From a virus: DNA of 64,000 nucleotides. The position numbers were made by a program, and so were the translations under genes. Under the pieces are notes generated by a model. The model did not search any database. It was not told the DNA's origin and saw nothing but the letters and a program-made list of their open reading frames with translations. Of the stretch, positions 9,567 to 19,236 are shown in pieces (the stretch's first letter is position 1; each line of letters starts with the position of its first letter). Location: the IMG/VR virus record IMGVR_UViG_3300049049_000237, positions 127,682 through 191,681 of that record. One strand, 5' to 3'.

Positions 9567-10853
9567 ATGACGAACAGGATGTTCACCCCCAAGACCCGTG
9601 GCACCGTTCCCCAGCGTCGTTTCGCGGACGACGCGAAGAAGGCCAAGGGCCGCACGGGCGGTGGCAACTTCAAGAAGGTCGAGGGCAAGTTCGATCGCCT
9701 GAAGCTCGGAGAGCAGCCCGTCTGGCTGCGCATCTCGCCGGACCAGCTCTACACGCAGCTCGTGTGGGATGGCGAGGCGAAGGAGGTCGTCGAGGTCACC
9801 CGGCCGTGGTTCGAGTCGGTCGGCCACTTCGTCCCGGGCAAGCAGCGCGGCTTCAACTGCTCGGCCGGTCCGCACCGGGATCAGCCGTGCCGTGGCTGCG
9901 CGATCCGCGCGTGGTTCTTCGACCGTCTCCGTGCGAAGGAGAAGGAGATCGCGGAGAAGACGGGGATCGACCCGCGCCGCAACAAGGACCAGGGCGACAA
10001 GAAGCGCGACGACTCGAAGTCGCCGCCGGTGCAGGCCTCGAAGAACTTCGCGATGGGCGTCACCGTCCTGGAGAAGTGCTTCGAGATGCAGGCGATGGGC
10101 AAGGGCGGCAAGCCCCGCACGAACCGTGAGGGCAAGGCCATCACGAACATCGTCCCCGCGCCCCTCTCGGGCCTGTCGCCGCTGAAGCGTCGCGAGATGC
10201 CCGGCGAGTTCGGCTACAACTACCACTACGGTGTGGGCAGCCGCGAGCTCGCGTCGCTCGCCAACATGGACATGGACCTGTGGAACTCGTGCGCCAACTG
10301 CGCGCACGATCTCGTCGCCACGGAGTTCGTGTGCACGAGCTGCGAGGTCGTCTGCTTCGACGAGCCCTCGGGCCTGCGTGGCGCGGACCTCCGCGCGATG
10401 CGTGAGCAGGAGATGAAGTGCCAGTCGTGCGGACACGAAGGTCCGCTCAACCCGGTGCTGTCCTGCTCGCACTGCGAGAACCCGGCCGAGGGTTCGATCC
10501 TCGCGTTCGACCTCCGCCTCAAGAAGGTGAAGCTCGACGACAACAGCAGCCAGCTCTCGCTCGAAGAGTTCCGCGTGCCGGACTACGTGTCCCTCTTCGA
10601 CGACGACGTGGCCAACCGCGTGAGCGAGCTCATCATGAGCCCGCTCGACATCCCCGCCATCTTCGCCCCCGACACGATCGAGGCGCAGGCGTGGATGCTG
10701 CCCGAGGACCTCAAGGCGATCGATCCGATGTACCACGTCAAGAACAAGAAGACCTCGGCCGCTTACGGCAGCGGCGACGGCACCGAGGGCGAGGGCGGCG
10801 ATCCCGACCAGATGCAGTTCGACGAGTCGAACGGCGAGAACGAGGAGAGCTGA
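9567..10853 (+). CDS. Putative single-stranded DNA-binding protein with Zn-ribbon insertion
   Basis: Between primase and polymerase; H/C/CxxC site, four more CxxC pairs, acidic C-terminal tail. Confidence 0.6.
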   Translation: MTNRMFTPKTRGTVPQRRFADDAKKAKGRTGGGNFKKVEGKFDRLKLGEQPVWLRISPDQLYTQLVWDGEAKEVVEVTRPWFESVGHFVPGKQRGFNCSAGPHRDQPCRGCAIRAWFFDRLRAKEKEIAEKTGIDPRRNKDQGDKKRDDSKSPPVQASKNFAMGVTVLEKCFEMQAMGKGGKPRTNREGKAITNIVPAPLSGLSPLKRREMPGEFGYNYHYGVGSRELASLANMDMDLWNSCANCAHDLVATEFVCTSCEVVCFDEPSGLRGADLRAMREQEMKCQSCGHEGPLNPVLSCSHCENPAEGSILAFDLRLKKVKLDDNSSQLSLEEFRVPDYVSLFDDDVANRVSELIMSPLDIPAIFAPDTIEAQAWMLPEDLKAIDPMYHVKNKKTSAAYGSGDGTEGEGGDPDQMQFDESNGENEES

Positions 10854-10859
10854 GCCGAG

Positions 10860-12863
10860 ATGCCCCGGCTTCGCCTTCTCCCTCCGGTCGAGGAAGTGAA
10901 GACCTGGGCGGACTGCGCCCCCGTGCTGGAGTACCTACACCAGCGCGGGGGCACGGTCGCTATCGACACGGAGACGACTGGTCTCCGGATGATGGAGGAC
11001 AAGGTCCTCTTCTGGTCAATGGCGACCGAGGACCGCCGATGGTGCTTCCCCGTCAACACGATCTACGCATTCGACTCGCTCTTCGCCCGCAAGGACATCA
11101 ACTGGTGTATGGCGAACGCGAAGTTCGACATGCACATGCTCCGCAACGCGGGCATCAGCTTTGCTGGCGAGTGCCACGACATCATCGTCATGGACGCGAT
11201 GATGGACGACACGCGGCCGCACGGTCTCAAGGACCAGGGCTGGCTGGCGTACGAAGCGAAGTGGGGTGAGTTCAAGGAACTCTTCCTCGACCCCACCATC
11301 GTCGGGAACACGCTGAAGCTCGACAAGGCAGCGTTCCGCGACTTCAAGAAGCTGAGCGGCGGCGACAAGCTGCTCTACGTGTACAACCAGGCGCCGGAGA
11401 TGCTCGTCGACTACGCGAGCTGCGACGCCTACTTCACGTACATGTTGTGGAACGACCTGACGGACCAGCTCGCCTCCGAGCTGCTTCCGGTAGAGGTAGC
11501 GCCGGGGTTCGACACCCTGCTCGACTACTTCCGGGTCCTCGAAGTGCCGATGACCAAGACGCTCTGGAACATGGAGCGCCGAGGCATCCTCATCGACCTC
11601 GACTACGTGAAGAAGATCGACACTCCGATGCGCGAGGGCATCGCAGCGGCAACGCGCGAGCTCCAGGAGATGGTCGGGCGGCCCTTCAACCCGAAGAGCA
11701 CCGATCACCTCCGCGACATCCTGTACACGGACAAGGGCTTCGGCCTGAAGGCCATCAAGTACACCAAGGGTGGCAAGAAGGGCGCTACCGAGGGCACGGA
11801 TGAAAAGACGCTGAAGCGTCTGATGGAACGCGCGGGCAACTCGATGGCCGCGAAGTTCATCTACAAGCTCTTGGAGCTCAAGAAGCTCGTCAAGCTCCAC
11901 GGCACGTACGTCAAGGGCATCCACAAGCACCTGGGCCCCGACGGTCGGATCCACACGAGGTACAACCAGACCGGCGCCCGCACGTCGCGTCTGTCCTCGT
12001 CGGGCCCGAACATGCAGAACCTCCCGCGTCCGGATCCCGAAAGCGATCCGTACATGATCCGCGGAGCGTTCATCGCCAGCGACGGCATGGAACTGCTCGA
12101 TGCCGACTACCCGCAGATCGAGTTCCGCGTCGCCGCTGTTCAGGCTGGCGAAGAGAAGATGATGGACGCTGTTCGTCGTGGATGGGACATCCACAACGCG
12201 AACACCGCCAACATGTTCAACATCGAGTACGACGATCTCGTCGAAGCTCAGACCAAGAAGAAAAAGAAGATCACCATGTCGGATACGGAGCTTCGTCTGC
12301 TCCAGCTCCGACAGGAATCGAAGACCGTCGGTCTCGGCACTCTCTACGGTGAGGGCCCGACGAAGATGGCGATGCAGCTCAACATCACGAAGGAGCGCGC
12401 GCTCGACTTGAAGGACACGTTCTTCAAGACGTACCCGGACATCTACGAGAACATCCTGTTCACGCATGGGTACGCGCGAGCGAAGGGCCACACCTTCACG
12501 ATGCTGGGACGCATGCGGCGTCTACACCGCATCGGCAGCCCCCTGAGCAACGGCAAGATCATCGCTCAGGAGGAACGCCAGGCGTACAACACGCACATCC
12601 AAGGCAGCGCCGCTGAGCTGATGAAGCTCGCGATGCTGCTCGTCGACAACAACGAGGACTTCAGGTCGCTCGGCGGCCGTCTGATTCTGACGGTGCACGA
12701 CGAACTCGTGGCAGAGGCTCCGAAGGAGACCGCGAAGGAGTGCGCGGAGATCATGGCGGAGCTGATGAGCCACCCCATCCACTGGGGCCCGCTCGACATG
12801 GAGTACCCCGTTCCGATCGCACCTGACGCAGCCACCGCCTTCCGGTGGAGCGACGCGAAGTAG
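10860..12863 (+). CDS. polA: Family A DNA polymerase with 3'-5' exonuclease, no 5'-3' exonuclease
   Basis: DTETTG, NAKFD, YASCDA; DYPQIEFR, RQESKTVGLGTLYG, TVHDEL. Confidence 0.97.
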   Translation: MPRLRLLPPVEEVKTWADCAPVLEYLHQRGGTVAIDTETTGLRMMEDKVLFWSMATEDRRWCFPVNTIYAFDSLFARKDINWCMANAKFDMHMLRNAGISFAGECHDIIVMDAMMDDTRPHGLKDQGWLAYEAKWGEFKELFLDPTIVGNTLKLDKAAFRDFKKLSGGDKLLYVYNQAPEMLVDYASCDAYFTYMLWNDLTDQLASELLPVEVAPGFDTLLDYFRVLEVPMTKTLWNMERRGILIDLDYVKKIDTPMREGIAAATRELQEMVGRPFNPKSTDHLRDILYTDKGFGLKAIKYTKGGKKGATEGTDEKTLKRLMERAGNSMAAKFIYKLLELKKLVKLHGTYVKGIHKHLGPDGRIHTRYNQTGARTSRLSSSGPNMQNLPRPDPESDPYMIRGAFIASDGMELLDADYPQIEFRVAAVQAGEEKMMDAVRRGWDIHNANTANMFNIEYDDLVEAQTKKKKKITMSDTELRLLQLRQESKTVGLGTLYGEGPTKMAMQLNITKERALDLKDTFFKTYPDIYENILFTHGYARAKGHTFTMLGRMRRLHRIGSPLSNGKIIAQEERQAYNTHIQGSAAELMKLAMLLVDNNEDFRSLGGRLILTVHDELVAEAPKETAKECAEIMAELMSHPIHWGPLDMEYPVPIAPDAATAFRWSDAK

Positions 12864-12873
12864 AAGGAAAGAC

Positions 12874-14202
12874 ATGGCCACGAAGAAGGCAGCGAAGAAG
12901 GCGCCGGCGAAGAACACCAAGCCGGCCAGCAAGGCGACCCCCGCCAAGCGCCCCTCGACGAAGGGCGCTCCGAAGGTGGTCAAGTCGGTGGCGAAGCCGA
13001 AGAGCAACAACGCCATCGACACCCTCATCGCCAAGATCAACACGGAACTCGGTGGCGAGGTCGTGCGTCGGGCGAACGAGGCCGTCACCTCGCATCTGCT
13101 TCGTCGCCCGACGGGCATCACCAGCCTCGACATCAACATCGGTGGTGGCTTCCCGGCTGGAGCGCTCAGCCTGGTCACCGGTGAAGACGGCGTGGGCAAG
13201 GATTACGTCATCAACTGCGTCATCCGCGAGCTCCAGCGCAACTACGGTGACGAGATGAAGGTCGCCATCTTCTCGACGGAGTTCCCGTACGCGAAGGACT
13301 ACGCGCGCAACGTCTGCGGCGTGAAGGTCGCGGACACCGACGAGGAGATCGAGGAGAAGAACACGGGCCGTGCTGCGCGTGGTCTTCCGCCTCTCACCGA
13401 GGAAGAGGTCGCTCGGATGCAGGAGCAGATCGGGGAGATCCTGCTCATCCAGGGCGTGAACGCGGACCAGGGGCTGGACGTCGTCCTCGACATCCTCGCC
13501 ACGGGTCACTTCCAGATGGTCGCCATCAACTCGCTCGGCGTCTTCGAGACCTCCGCCAAGGAGGCCAAGGAGAGCGTCGAAGAGCACGCTGCGCAGTCGA
13601 GCGAAGCTCAGCTACTCGCTCGATGGATCCCGAAGCTGTTCATGCTGCTCAACCGCGTGACGCCCGAAGGACACCGCAACGAGACGACGATCATCGCGAC
13701 CAACCAGGTCCGTGCGAACCGTGATCAGCCGAAGACGAAGCCCGGCATGACCACGCCCACGTACCTGAAGATCCAGCCCGGCAGCGGGTCGTGGGCCCTG
13801 AAGCACGGCAAGGCCATCGACCTCTGGATGTACAAGCACGACGTCAAGGACAACATGATCCACGACGACACCGTGAAGCCGCCGGAGCTTCTCGGGCGCA
13901 AGATCTTCTGGAAGCTGCTCAAGGGCAAGCTCGGCACGCACGACGGCAAGCACGGGTCGTACGACTACTACTTCGCCGATGGTGCGGACCTCGTGGGCGA
14001 CATGCTCGCGACCGGCGTCGCTGTCGAAGCGATCGAGAAGAACGGCGCCTACTACCGCTTCACCGACAACGCCGGTGAGGTGCTTCTCTACGCGCAGGGC
14101 GTCGAGAAGGCCTGTGCGCTGCTGCGTGAGAACCGCGAGCTCCAGCTCGCCGTGCGCGAGGCGATCCTCGCGAAAGCCGGCCTCATCTGTAGGTACACCT
14201 GA
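12874..14202 (+). CDS. recA: RecA/UvsX-like recombinase
   Basis: PTGITSLDINIGGGFP, GEDGVGK, TNQVR, GSWALKH, NGAYY; Lys/Ala-rich N-terminal tail. Confidence 0.9.
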   Translation: MATKKAAKKAPAKNTKPASKATPAKRPSTKGAPKVVKSVAKPKSNNAIDTLIAKINTELGGEVVRRANEAVTSHLLRRPTGITSLDINIGGGFPAGALSLVTGEDGVGKDYVINCVIRELQRNYGDEMKVAIFSTEFPYAKDYARNVCGVKVADTDEEIEEKNTGRAARGLPPLTEEEVARMQEQIGEILLIQGVNADQGLDVVLDILATGHFQMVAINSLGVFETSAKEAKESVEEHAAQSSEAQLLARWIPKLFMLLNRVTPEGHRNETTIIATNQVRANRDQPKTKPGMTTPTYLKIQPGSGSWALKHGKAIDLWMYKHDVKDNMIHDDTVKPPELLGRKIFWKLLKGKLGTHDGKHGSYDYYFADGADLVGDMLATGVAVEAIEKNGAYYRFTDNAGEVLLYAQGVEKACALLRENRELQLAVREAILAKAGLICRYT

Positions 14203-14384
14203 TGGACCCCGATGCCTGCCTGAAGGAAGCGATCGAGGCGCTGCTCAACGACGACGCGGAGACGTTCAACGAGCGCCTCCAGAACTACGACGAGTGGCGC
14301 AGCAAGCAGGGCTTCGAGCCCAGACTTCAGATCAGCGGCGACGTGCTGCGAAAGGTCCTGGACAGCGCCGGACGCTCGTTCTGA
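14202..14384 (+). CDS. Small hypothetical protein
   Basis: TGATG coupling. Confidence 0.7.
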   Translation: MDPDACLKEAIEALLNDDAETFNERLQNYDEWRSKQGFEPRLQISGDVLRKVLDSAGRSF

Positions 14385-14390
14385 GGACGC

Positions 14391-14894
14391 ATGAAGAAGC
14401 CGTCGCAGAAGAAGATCAAGAGAGCGTCGGCCGCCGCAGAGCATGACTTCGCGGCTGCTCTGGGTGGCCGGCGCACCTGGAACTCCGGATCGGGCCCCGT
14501 GAAGGGGGACGGTCGGGTGAAGGGCAAGTACCGCATCGAGACGAAGTGCCCTCCCACGGGGCAGTATCGTCTCGCTCTCTCGGAGTGGGCGATCATCAAG
14601 CGCGCAGCAGACGAGGCGCTGGAGGTTCCCCTCTTCCACATCAAGTTGCTCGACATGGAGATCGTGGTACTTCGTGAGAAGGACTACGAGGCCATCGCGG
14701 GCAAGCCCTGCCTCGAAGCCGCATACGGTGGCGAAGCGAAGACGTTCCACTTCACGCGTGGTCTCTGGCTGCGCGTGATCAGTGGGTCGCAGCGCCTCCG
14801 CTTCTCGCTGTCAGACCCGCACAATCGCATCCGACCGGCACATCTACTCGCTGTCCCCCGGTCCCACTTCATGACCATCGCGGAGAACCTGTGA
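14391..14894 (+). CDS. PD-(D/E)XK nuclease, Holliday junction resolvase-like
   Basis: E...SGSG..KGD...IETK pattern. Confidence 0.75.
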   Translation: MKKPSQKKIKRASAAAEHDFAAALGGRRTWNSGSGPVKGDGRVKGKYRIETKCPPTGQYRLALSEWAIIKRAADEALEVPLFHIKLLDMEIVVLREKDYEAIAGKPCLEAAYGGEAKTFHFTRGLWLRVISGSQRLRFSLSDPHNRIRPAHLLAVPRSHFMTIAENL

Positions 14895-15736
14895 TCATCA
14901 ACGCCGTCACGCGAGCTGACGCGCAGCTCATCAACGACGTCGCCGAGCAGGTGTTCGACCTCGAAGCCGCGTACGTCAACTGGGTGGAGACCGAGCCGCG
15001 AGACGATCGCCAGGGGCACTTCCACCCCTCGGCGGTCGGTGGCTGCGCCCGCCGCAACGTCTACGAGTACATCCGCGCGCCGCGGATGTTCATGGACAAG
15101 CCGGCCGACATGGAGATCTTCCGTATCGGCCACGCCGTCCACCACATCGTGCAGACGATCCTCGCGGACCTCGGCCGAGTGCTGACCCCGCGAGGGATCG
15201 AGTACTCGTTCTACCCCGAGATCCCGTACGACCCCGCGACCGACCTGCTCTACAACGACCTCGGGATCGGTGGCACCTGCGACGGGCTGCTGGAGCTGCG
15301 GCACACGCGGCTCGGCTGGACCCAGCGCGGGGTGGTTGAGATCAAGACCATCAAGAACGAGAAGTTCAACCAGCTCAAGGCTCCGAAGGAGGAGCACCAG
15401 ATGCAGGCGAACCTGTACGCGTTCAGGTTCGACACGCCGATCATCTGGTACTGGTACTACAACAAGGACAACAGCCAGCGTCGCGTGTTCAAGACGCGGG
15501 CGAGCGACGAGTACCTCGACAAGGCGCTTGCTCGCTTCGTCGAGCAGAAGGCCCACGTGGACGCGGGCACGCTGCCCGACCGCGAGGAGTCGTTCTGGAT
15601 GTGCCCGCGCTGCGAGTACGGACACATCTGCCAGCCGTCCAAGCTGAAGCGGGTCCAGGAGCAGGAGAAGCTGATCCAGGTCCGCACGAACGGCTTCGGC
15701 GCCAGGAAGAAGGCGAAGGTATCGAATGGGACTTGA
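14891..15736 (+). CDS. Cas4/AddB-like PD-(D/E)XK exonuclease with Fe-S ligands
   Basis: HPSAVGGCAR, GHAVH, CDG, EIKT, Q..LY, CPRCEYGHIC. Confidence 0.88.
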   Translation: MIINAVTRADAQLINDVAEQVFDLEAAYVNWVETEPRDDRQGHFHPSAVGGCARRNVYEYIRAPRMFMDKPADMEIFRIGHAVHHIVQTILADLGRVLTPRGIEYSFYPEIPYDPATDLLYNDLGIGGTCDGLLELRHTRLGWTQRGVVEIKTIKNEKFNQLKAPKEEHQMQANLYAFRFDTPIIWYWYYNKDNSQRRVFKTRASDEYLDKALARFVEQKAHVDAGTLPDREESFWMCPRCEYGHICQPSKLKRVQEQEKLIQVRTNGFGARKKAKVSNGT

Positions 15737-16340
15737 TCTCAGCCGCGCCGGCATCGTGCACGAGAAGGACCTCGAAAAGCGGCGCACGCGCACCGAGGAG
15801 CTGCTCCAGACCGTGAACAACGAGCTCGCCGAACGCGGCATCCCCGAGGTGCCCAGGCCCAGTGGCCACCCCACGCCGTTGGCCGAGGTGGATATCACCA
15901 CCCTGACCAACGACGAGCTCACGATGCTCTACGCGCAGTACGCCGCGTACTCCTCGTACATCGGGGACCAGCTTGCGCAGATCGAGGCGGCCGAGGAGGA
16001 CGCGAAGCGCAACCTCCGGGAGACGATCGCGGAGGTCAAGGACGCACTCTTCGCGAAGGGCAAGAAGGGCCCCGAGGTCACCGCCGCTGCGATGAAGGAC
16101 CCGCTCGTCGAGGAGCTGAGCCTCATCCACCTCAAGTACTTCTTCATGAAGGCCATCATGAAGAGGCGCTACAAGAGCTACATCACACAGGGCGCTGCGC
16201 TGTCGCGCTCCATCGAGCTGCGCAAGCTCGACATGGAGCAGACGCGACGCACTGGGAACCTGGGCAGACGTCCGGCTCTCCCGACCCCCGGAGGGTTCGG
16301 GACGAAGAAGCCGTCGCCTACGTCACCGGTGAAGAAATGA
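15726..16340 (+). CDS. Coiled-coil protein, possibly UvsY-like recombination mediator
   Basis: Long helical segments and location in the recombination cluster. Confidence 0.45.
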   Translation: MGLDLSRAGIVHEKDLEKRRTRTEELLQTVNNELAERGIPEVPRPSGHPTPLAEVDITTLTNDELTMLYAQYAAYSSYIGDQLAQIEAAEEDAKRNLRETIAEVKDALFAKGKKGPEVTAAAMKDPLVEELSLIHLKYFFMKAIMKRRYKSYITQGAALSRSIELRKLDMEQTRRTGNLGRRPALPTPGGFGTKKPSPTSPVKK

Positions 16341-16870
16341 AGCGCCCTGCTCCTACGAAGCCGCCGATCGTGCATCCGGATGAGTTCGACGCGGTACTTG
16401 AACTCATCCTCCGGAAGTACGATAACGTGTTCGCCGTTGAGGGCTCGTTGGACGACCCGGCCCCGGTGTCGGTCAACGAGCTCTACACGACGTTCCGCGG
16501 CAAGGAGGTCTTGAACAAGAAGGGCAAGACCTTCCGAGACAAACTTGCTGTTGAGGTCTCTCGTGCCTCGGTGGAGTGGAAACGAGGGCTCAACCTCGTC
16601 TATCAGAGAGGTGGAGGAGCGACCTTGCTGATCGCTCTCTACTTCGAGAAGCTACTGAACCAGTCCTGGAAGCCCCTCGGGGTGTCGGAGAAGGGGAACA
16701 TGTCGAACCCCTTCCTGAAGAAGGACGCCACCAACTTCATCAAGATCATCGAGGACGCCGTAGCAAGGGGCTGCGGCCTGGACGACTGCAACAACATCAA
16801 CGTCATGGTCCACAAGGCCGAAGATAAACAACGGCCCCGGACCGAGTTCCTCTACATCATCTACCACTGA
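16337..16870 (+). CDS. rusA: RusA-like Holliday junction resolvase
   Basis: PVSVNELY and DATNFIKIIEDA...LDD match the RusA D-x-x-N-x-x-K...D...DD pattern. Confidence 0.82.
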   Translation: MKRPAPTKPPIVHPDEFDAVLELILRKYDNVFAVEGSLDDPAPVSVNELYTTFRGKEVLNKKGKTFRDKLAVEVSRASVEWKRGLNLVYQRGGGATLLIALYFEKLLNQSWKPLGVSEKGNMSNPFLKKDATNFIKIIEDAVARGCGLDDCNNINVMVHKAEDKQRPRTEFLYIIYH

Positions 16871-17130
16871 TGTCCACGAGCAAGAGTACGGAGATCATCG
16901 ATCTCGCGGCGGAGCAGGTGGAGCCGAAGTACGCGGCCTGCTACGCGAGTGGATCGACGTTCAAGCCTACGGGCAAGGGCGCCACGACGTTCGTCGTCGA
17001 ACGTGGGAAGCGCCGTCTGGTGAGTCGTTCGTTGTGCGTCGTGCAGTACTACAAGACTCGCTGCCAGGTCTGCCCGTTCAGCCAAGGGGAGCTCAAGCTC
17101 TCCACGGGAGGCAGCGACGATGACGCGTAG
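16870..17130 (+). CDS. Small Cys-containing hypothetical protein
   Basis: TGATG coupling; C...C...CQVC. Confidence 0.7.
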   Translation: MSTSKSTEIIDLAAEQVEPKYAACYASGSTFKPTGKGATTFVVERGKRRLVSRSLCVVQYYKTRCQVCPFSQGELKLSTGGSDDDA

Positions 17131-17479
17131 CGATGACTTCGACTTCTTGGACGAGCTCAACCTGAGCGAGCTCGTCGCGCTGGCGTGGGCAGAGAACCCC
17201 AATGCACACCGTGGCCTCGGAAGGGAGGCGCTGGTGTCCATCATCGTCGGCGAAGAAGTCGAACTGCCTGAGAGACGGATCGACATCTGGCGCAAGACGA
17301 TCTTCACGTTCGTCGACGCCCACTGGAGACAGGTGCAACCGCTGCTGTCCTGTCCCATGAAGTCTCGACAGCCCCACGCATGCTTTCAGTGCCCTGACGT
17401 TCAGGTCGCTGAATGCGTGCTGGTGAACCACCAGACCCTGATCGACAACATCCGACGCAAGAAGAGGGAAGCGAAATGA
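17120..17479 (+). CDS. Hypothetical protein with C-terminal Cys cluster
   Basis: GGAGG SD; CPMK...CFQC...EC. Confidence 0.72.
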   Translation: MTRSDDFDFLDELNLSELVALAWAENPNAHRGLGREALVSIIVGEEVELPERRIDIWRKTIFTFVDAHWRQVQPLLSCPMKSRQPHACFQCPDVQVAECVLVNHQTLIDNIRRKKREAK

Positions 17480-18063
17480 CCGAAAAGCAGTGGCCGAGCA
17501 GCCTTCAGACCCGCACCGCCGACGAGTGGACCGCGCTCGGCGCCGACTGGTCGAACCCGGAGAGCCGGACGATCGTCATGGACACGATGAAGGCGCTCGG
17601 CGTACCGGCCGCCGAGTACGTGCGGAAGCAGCCCCCGCAGCGAGTGGAGCTCATCATCGAGCTCCAGGAGAAGATGAAGCCCGGCTCGACGAAGGGCGGC
17701 GGAGCCAAGGAGACGAAGGCGGCGTCGACCACGAAGGCGGCGGCGACCACCACGAAGAAGGCGGCGGCGACGACGAAGCCGGCGAACACGGGTTCGACGT
17801 CGGCGGGCGAGGCGGGTGGCACCGCCGCGACCGTGGACCTCGGCCCGGTCCTCGAAGAGCTCGCATCGACGAAGAGCGAGCTCGCCGCGGTGCGTGAGCA
17901 GCTCGCGTCGATGGAGAAGCGCGACAAGCAGATCTTCGCCGCGCTCCGCATCCTCGTGCTCAGCAACCCCGAGGCGGCGGCGCTCGTCGACGACGCGGAC
18001 ACGGTGCGTGAGCTCGCGGAAGGCAACCTCTCGTCGGCGTTCGACGAGGGAAACGAGGGCTGA
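17476..18063 (+). CDS. Hypothetical protein with K/A/T-rich linker and coiled coil
   Basis: ATGA coupling; TKAASTTKAAATTTKKAAATTK. Confidence 0.75.
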   Translation: MTEKQWPSSLQTRTADEWTALGADWSNPESRTIVMDTMKALGVPAAEYVRKQPPQRVELIIELQEKMKPGSTKGGGAKETKAASTTKAAATTTKKAAATTKPANTGSTSAGEAGGTAATVDLGPVLEELASTKSELAAVREQLASMEKRDKQIFAALRILVLSNPEAAALVDDADTVRELAEGNLSSAFDEGNEG

Positions 18064-18086
18064 GCACGTCGGAACCGCAGGTCGAT

Positions 18087-18281
18087 GTGGGGTCGGTCAT
18101 CGAAGGACTGACCCCGCTCGGTCCCGACATGCTCATCGACACGGATCTCGCTTCCCTCCGTAAGATGTCGGTCACGGAGCTCATCCAGTTCGCTTTCCGA
18201 ATCGGAGTGCCCGTACGGCAGCTTTCTCAAGAGCGAGGAGCGATCCTCACCGAGATCCTGCGGTACAGCTACGACGCGTAG
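18087..18281 (+). CDS. Small helical protein (Rho-N-like), start uncertain
   Basis: LRKMSVTELIQFA..IGV pattern; ends just before the terminator. Confidence 0.55.
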   Translation: MGSVIEGLTPLGPDMLIDTDLASLRKMSVTELIQFAFRIGVPVRQLSQERGAILTEILRYSYDA

Positions 18282-18284
18282 CGG

Positions 18285-18329
18285 GAAGACGGGGATGGTA
18301 CGCTGGTACCCTCCCCGTTTTCTTTTGCC
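18285..18329 (+). terminator. Intrinsic terminator ending the replication operon
   Basis: GAAGACGGGGA...TCCCCGTTTTC stem followed by TTTTGCC. Confidence 0.75.
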
Positions 18330-18340
18330 CCAGGAGAGAC

Positions 18341-19003
18341 ATGAACATCACGAACAAGCACCTCGCCGGGATGATGGACCTCTGTCACGCGGAGGTGGAA
18401 GACTTCCGGGTGAAGTTCAAGACGCACTCGACCTTCATGAAGTTCCTGAACTTCTTCGTTCAGATCTTCAACAGCCGGTTCATGACGAGCTTCACGACGG
18501 TGATCGGGTCCACCGTCTACTTCTCATCGGAGGAGAAGCTGCTCGCGTTCCAAGACGCGTACGCCGAGGTCCTCGCGCACGAGCTCCGGCACATGATGGA
18601 CCGCAAGAAGTACGGCACCGTGCTCTACACGCTCATGTACCTCTCGCCCCAGATCTTCGCGCTGCTCGCGGTGCTCGCGATCGGAGCGATCTGGAACTCG
18701 TGGTTCCTCCTGGCCCTGCTCTTTCTTTTGCTCCTCGCGCCGATCCCGGCGTACGGGCGAAAGCACATCGAGATGCGCGGCTACGAGATGTCCCTCGCGG
18801 TGATCTTCTGGCGCACCGGGCGCATCAACGAGGAGGACATCGAGCGCGTCGCATCGCACTTCGTGAGCGCGAACTACTACTTCATGTGGCCGTTCAAGAC
18901 GCAGGTGATGCACGAGCTCACGGTGCGGTCGCTGGAGATCCGCTCGGGGCGCGTGCTGCGCGACCCGCTCTTCCGCAAGGTGCACCAGGTGTTCTCTCGA
19001 TGA
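18341..19003 (+). CDS. Membrane-associated HExxH zinc metallopeptidase-like protein
   Basis: LAHELRH, hydrophobic hairpin, downstream EMRGY; AGGAG SD. Confidence 0.78.
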   Translation: MNITNKHLAGMMDLCHAEVEDFRVKFKTHSTFMKFLNFFVQIFNSRFMTSFTTVIGSTVYFSSEEKLLAFQDAYAEVLAHELRHMMDRKKYGTVLYTLMYLSPQIFALLAVLAIGAIWNSWFLLALLFLLLLAPIPAYGRKHIEMRGYEMSLAVIFWRTGRINEEDIERVASHFVSANYYFMWPFKTQVMHELTVRSLEIRSGRVLRDPLFRKVHQVFSR

Positions 19004-19236
19004 ACACCCTCATCGCGTGTGGGACGTGTAACTGCCCCACAAACGAGTGCGAGAAACGGAAGCAGATCGAGCGGGCCGAGCGTGACCGCAAGCTGCGAGA
19101 GCTGGTCACGATCAGCACCAACCCTCGCAGCGAGCCCACGCTCGATGACGTCGAGGTTCCCAGGAACCGGCACGAGCGGCGGGTGGCAGCCCGCCGCGCT
19201 CGGCTCAGGGAATCGCGCCTACGAGCCCTGCGATAA
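19000..19236 (+). CDS. Small basic Cys-rich protein
   Basis: ATGA coupling; CGTCNC...C; NRHERR. Confidence 0.6.
   Translation: MNTLIACGTCNCPTNECEKRKQIERAERDRKLRELVTISTNPRSEPTLDDVEVPRNRHERRVAARRARLRESRLRALR

Noticed and set aside
14891-15736. CRISPR-Cas system suggested by the Cas4-like gene
   Set aside because: No repeat-spacer array or other cas genes seen; the context is a recombination operon.
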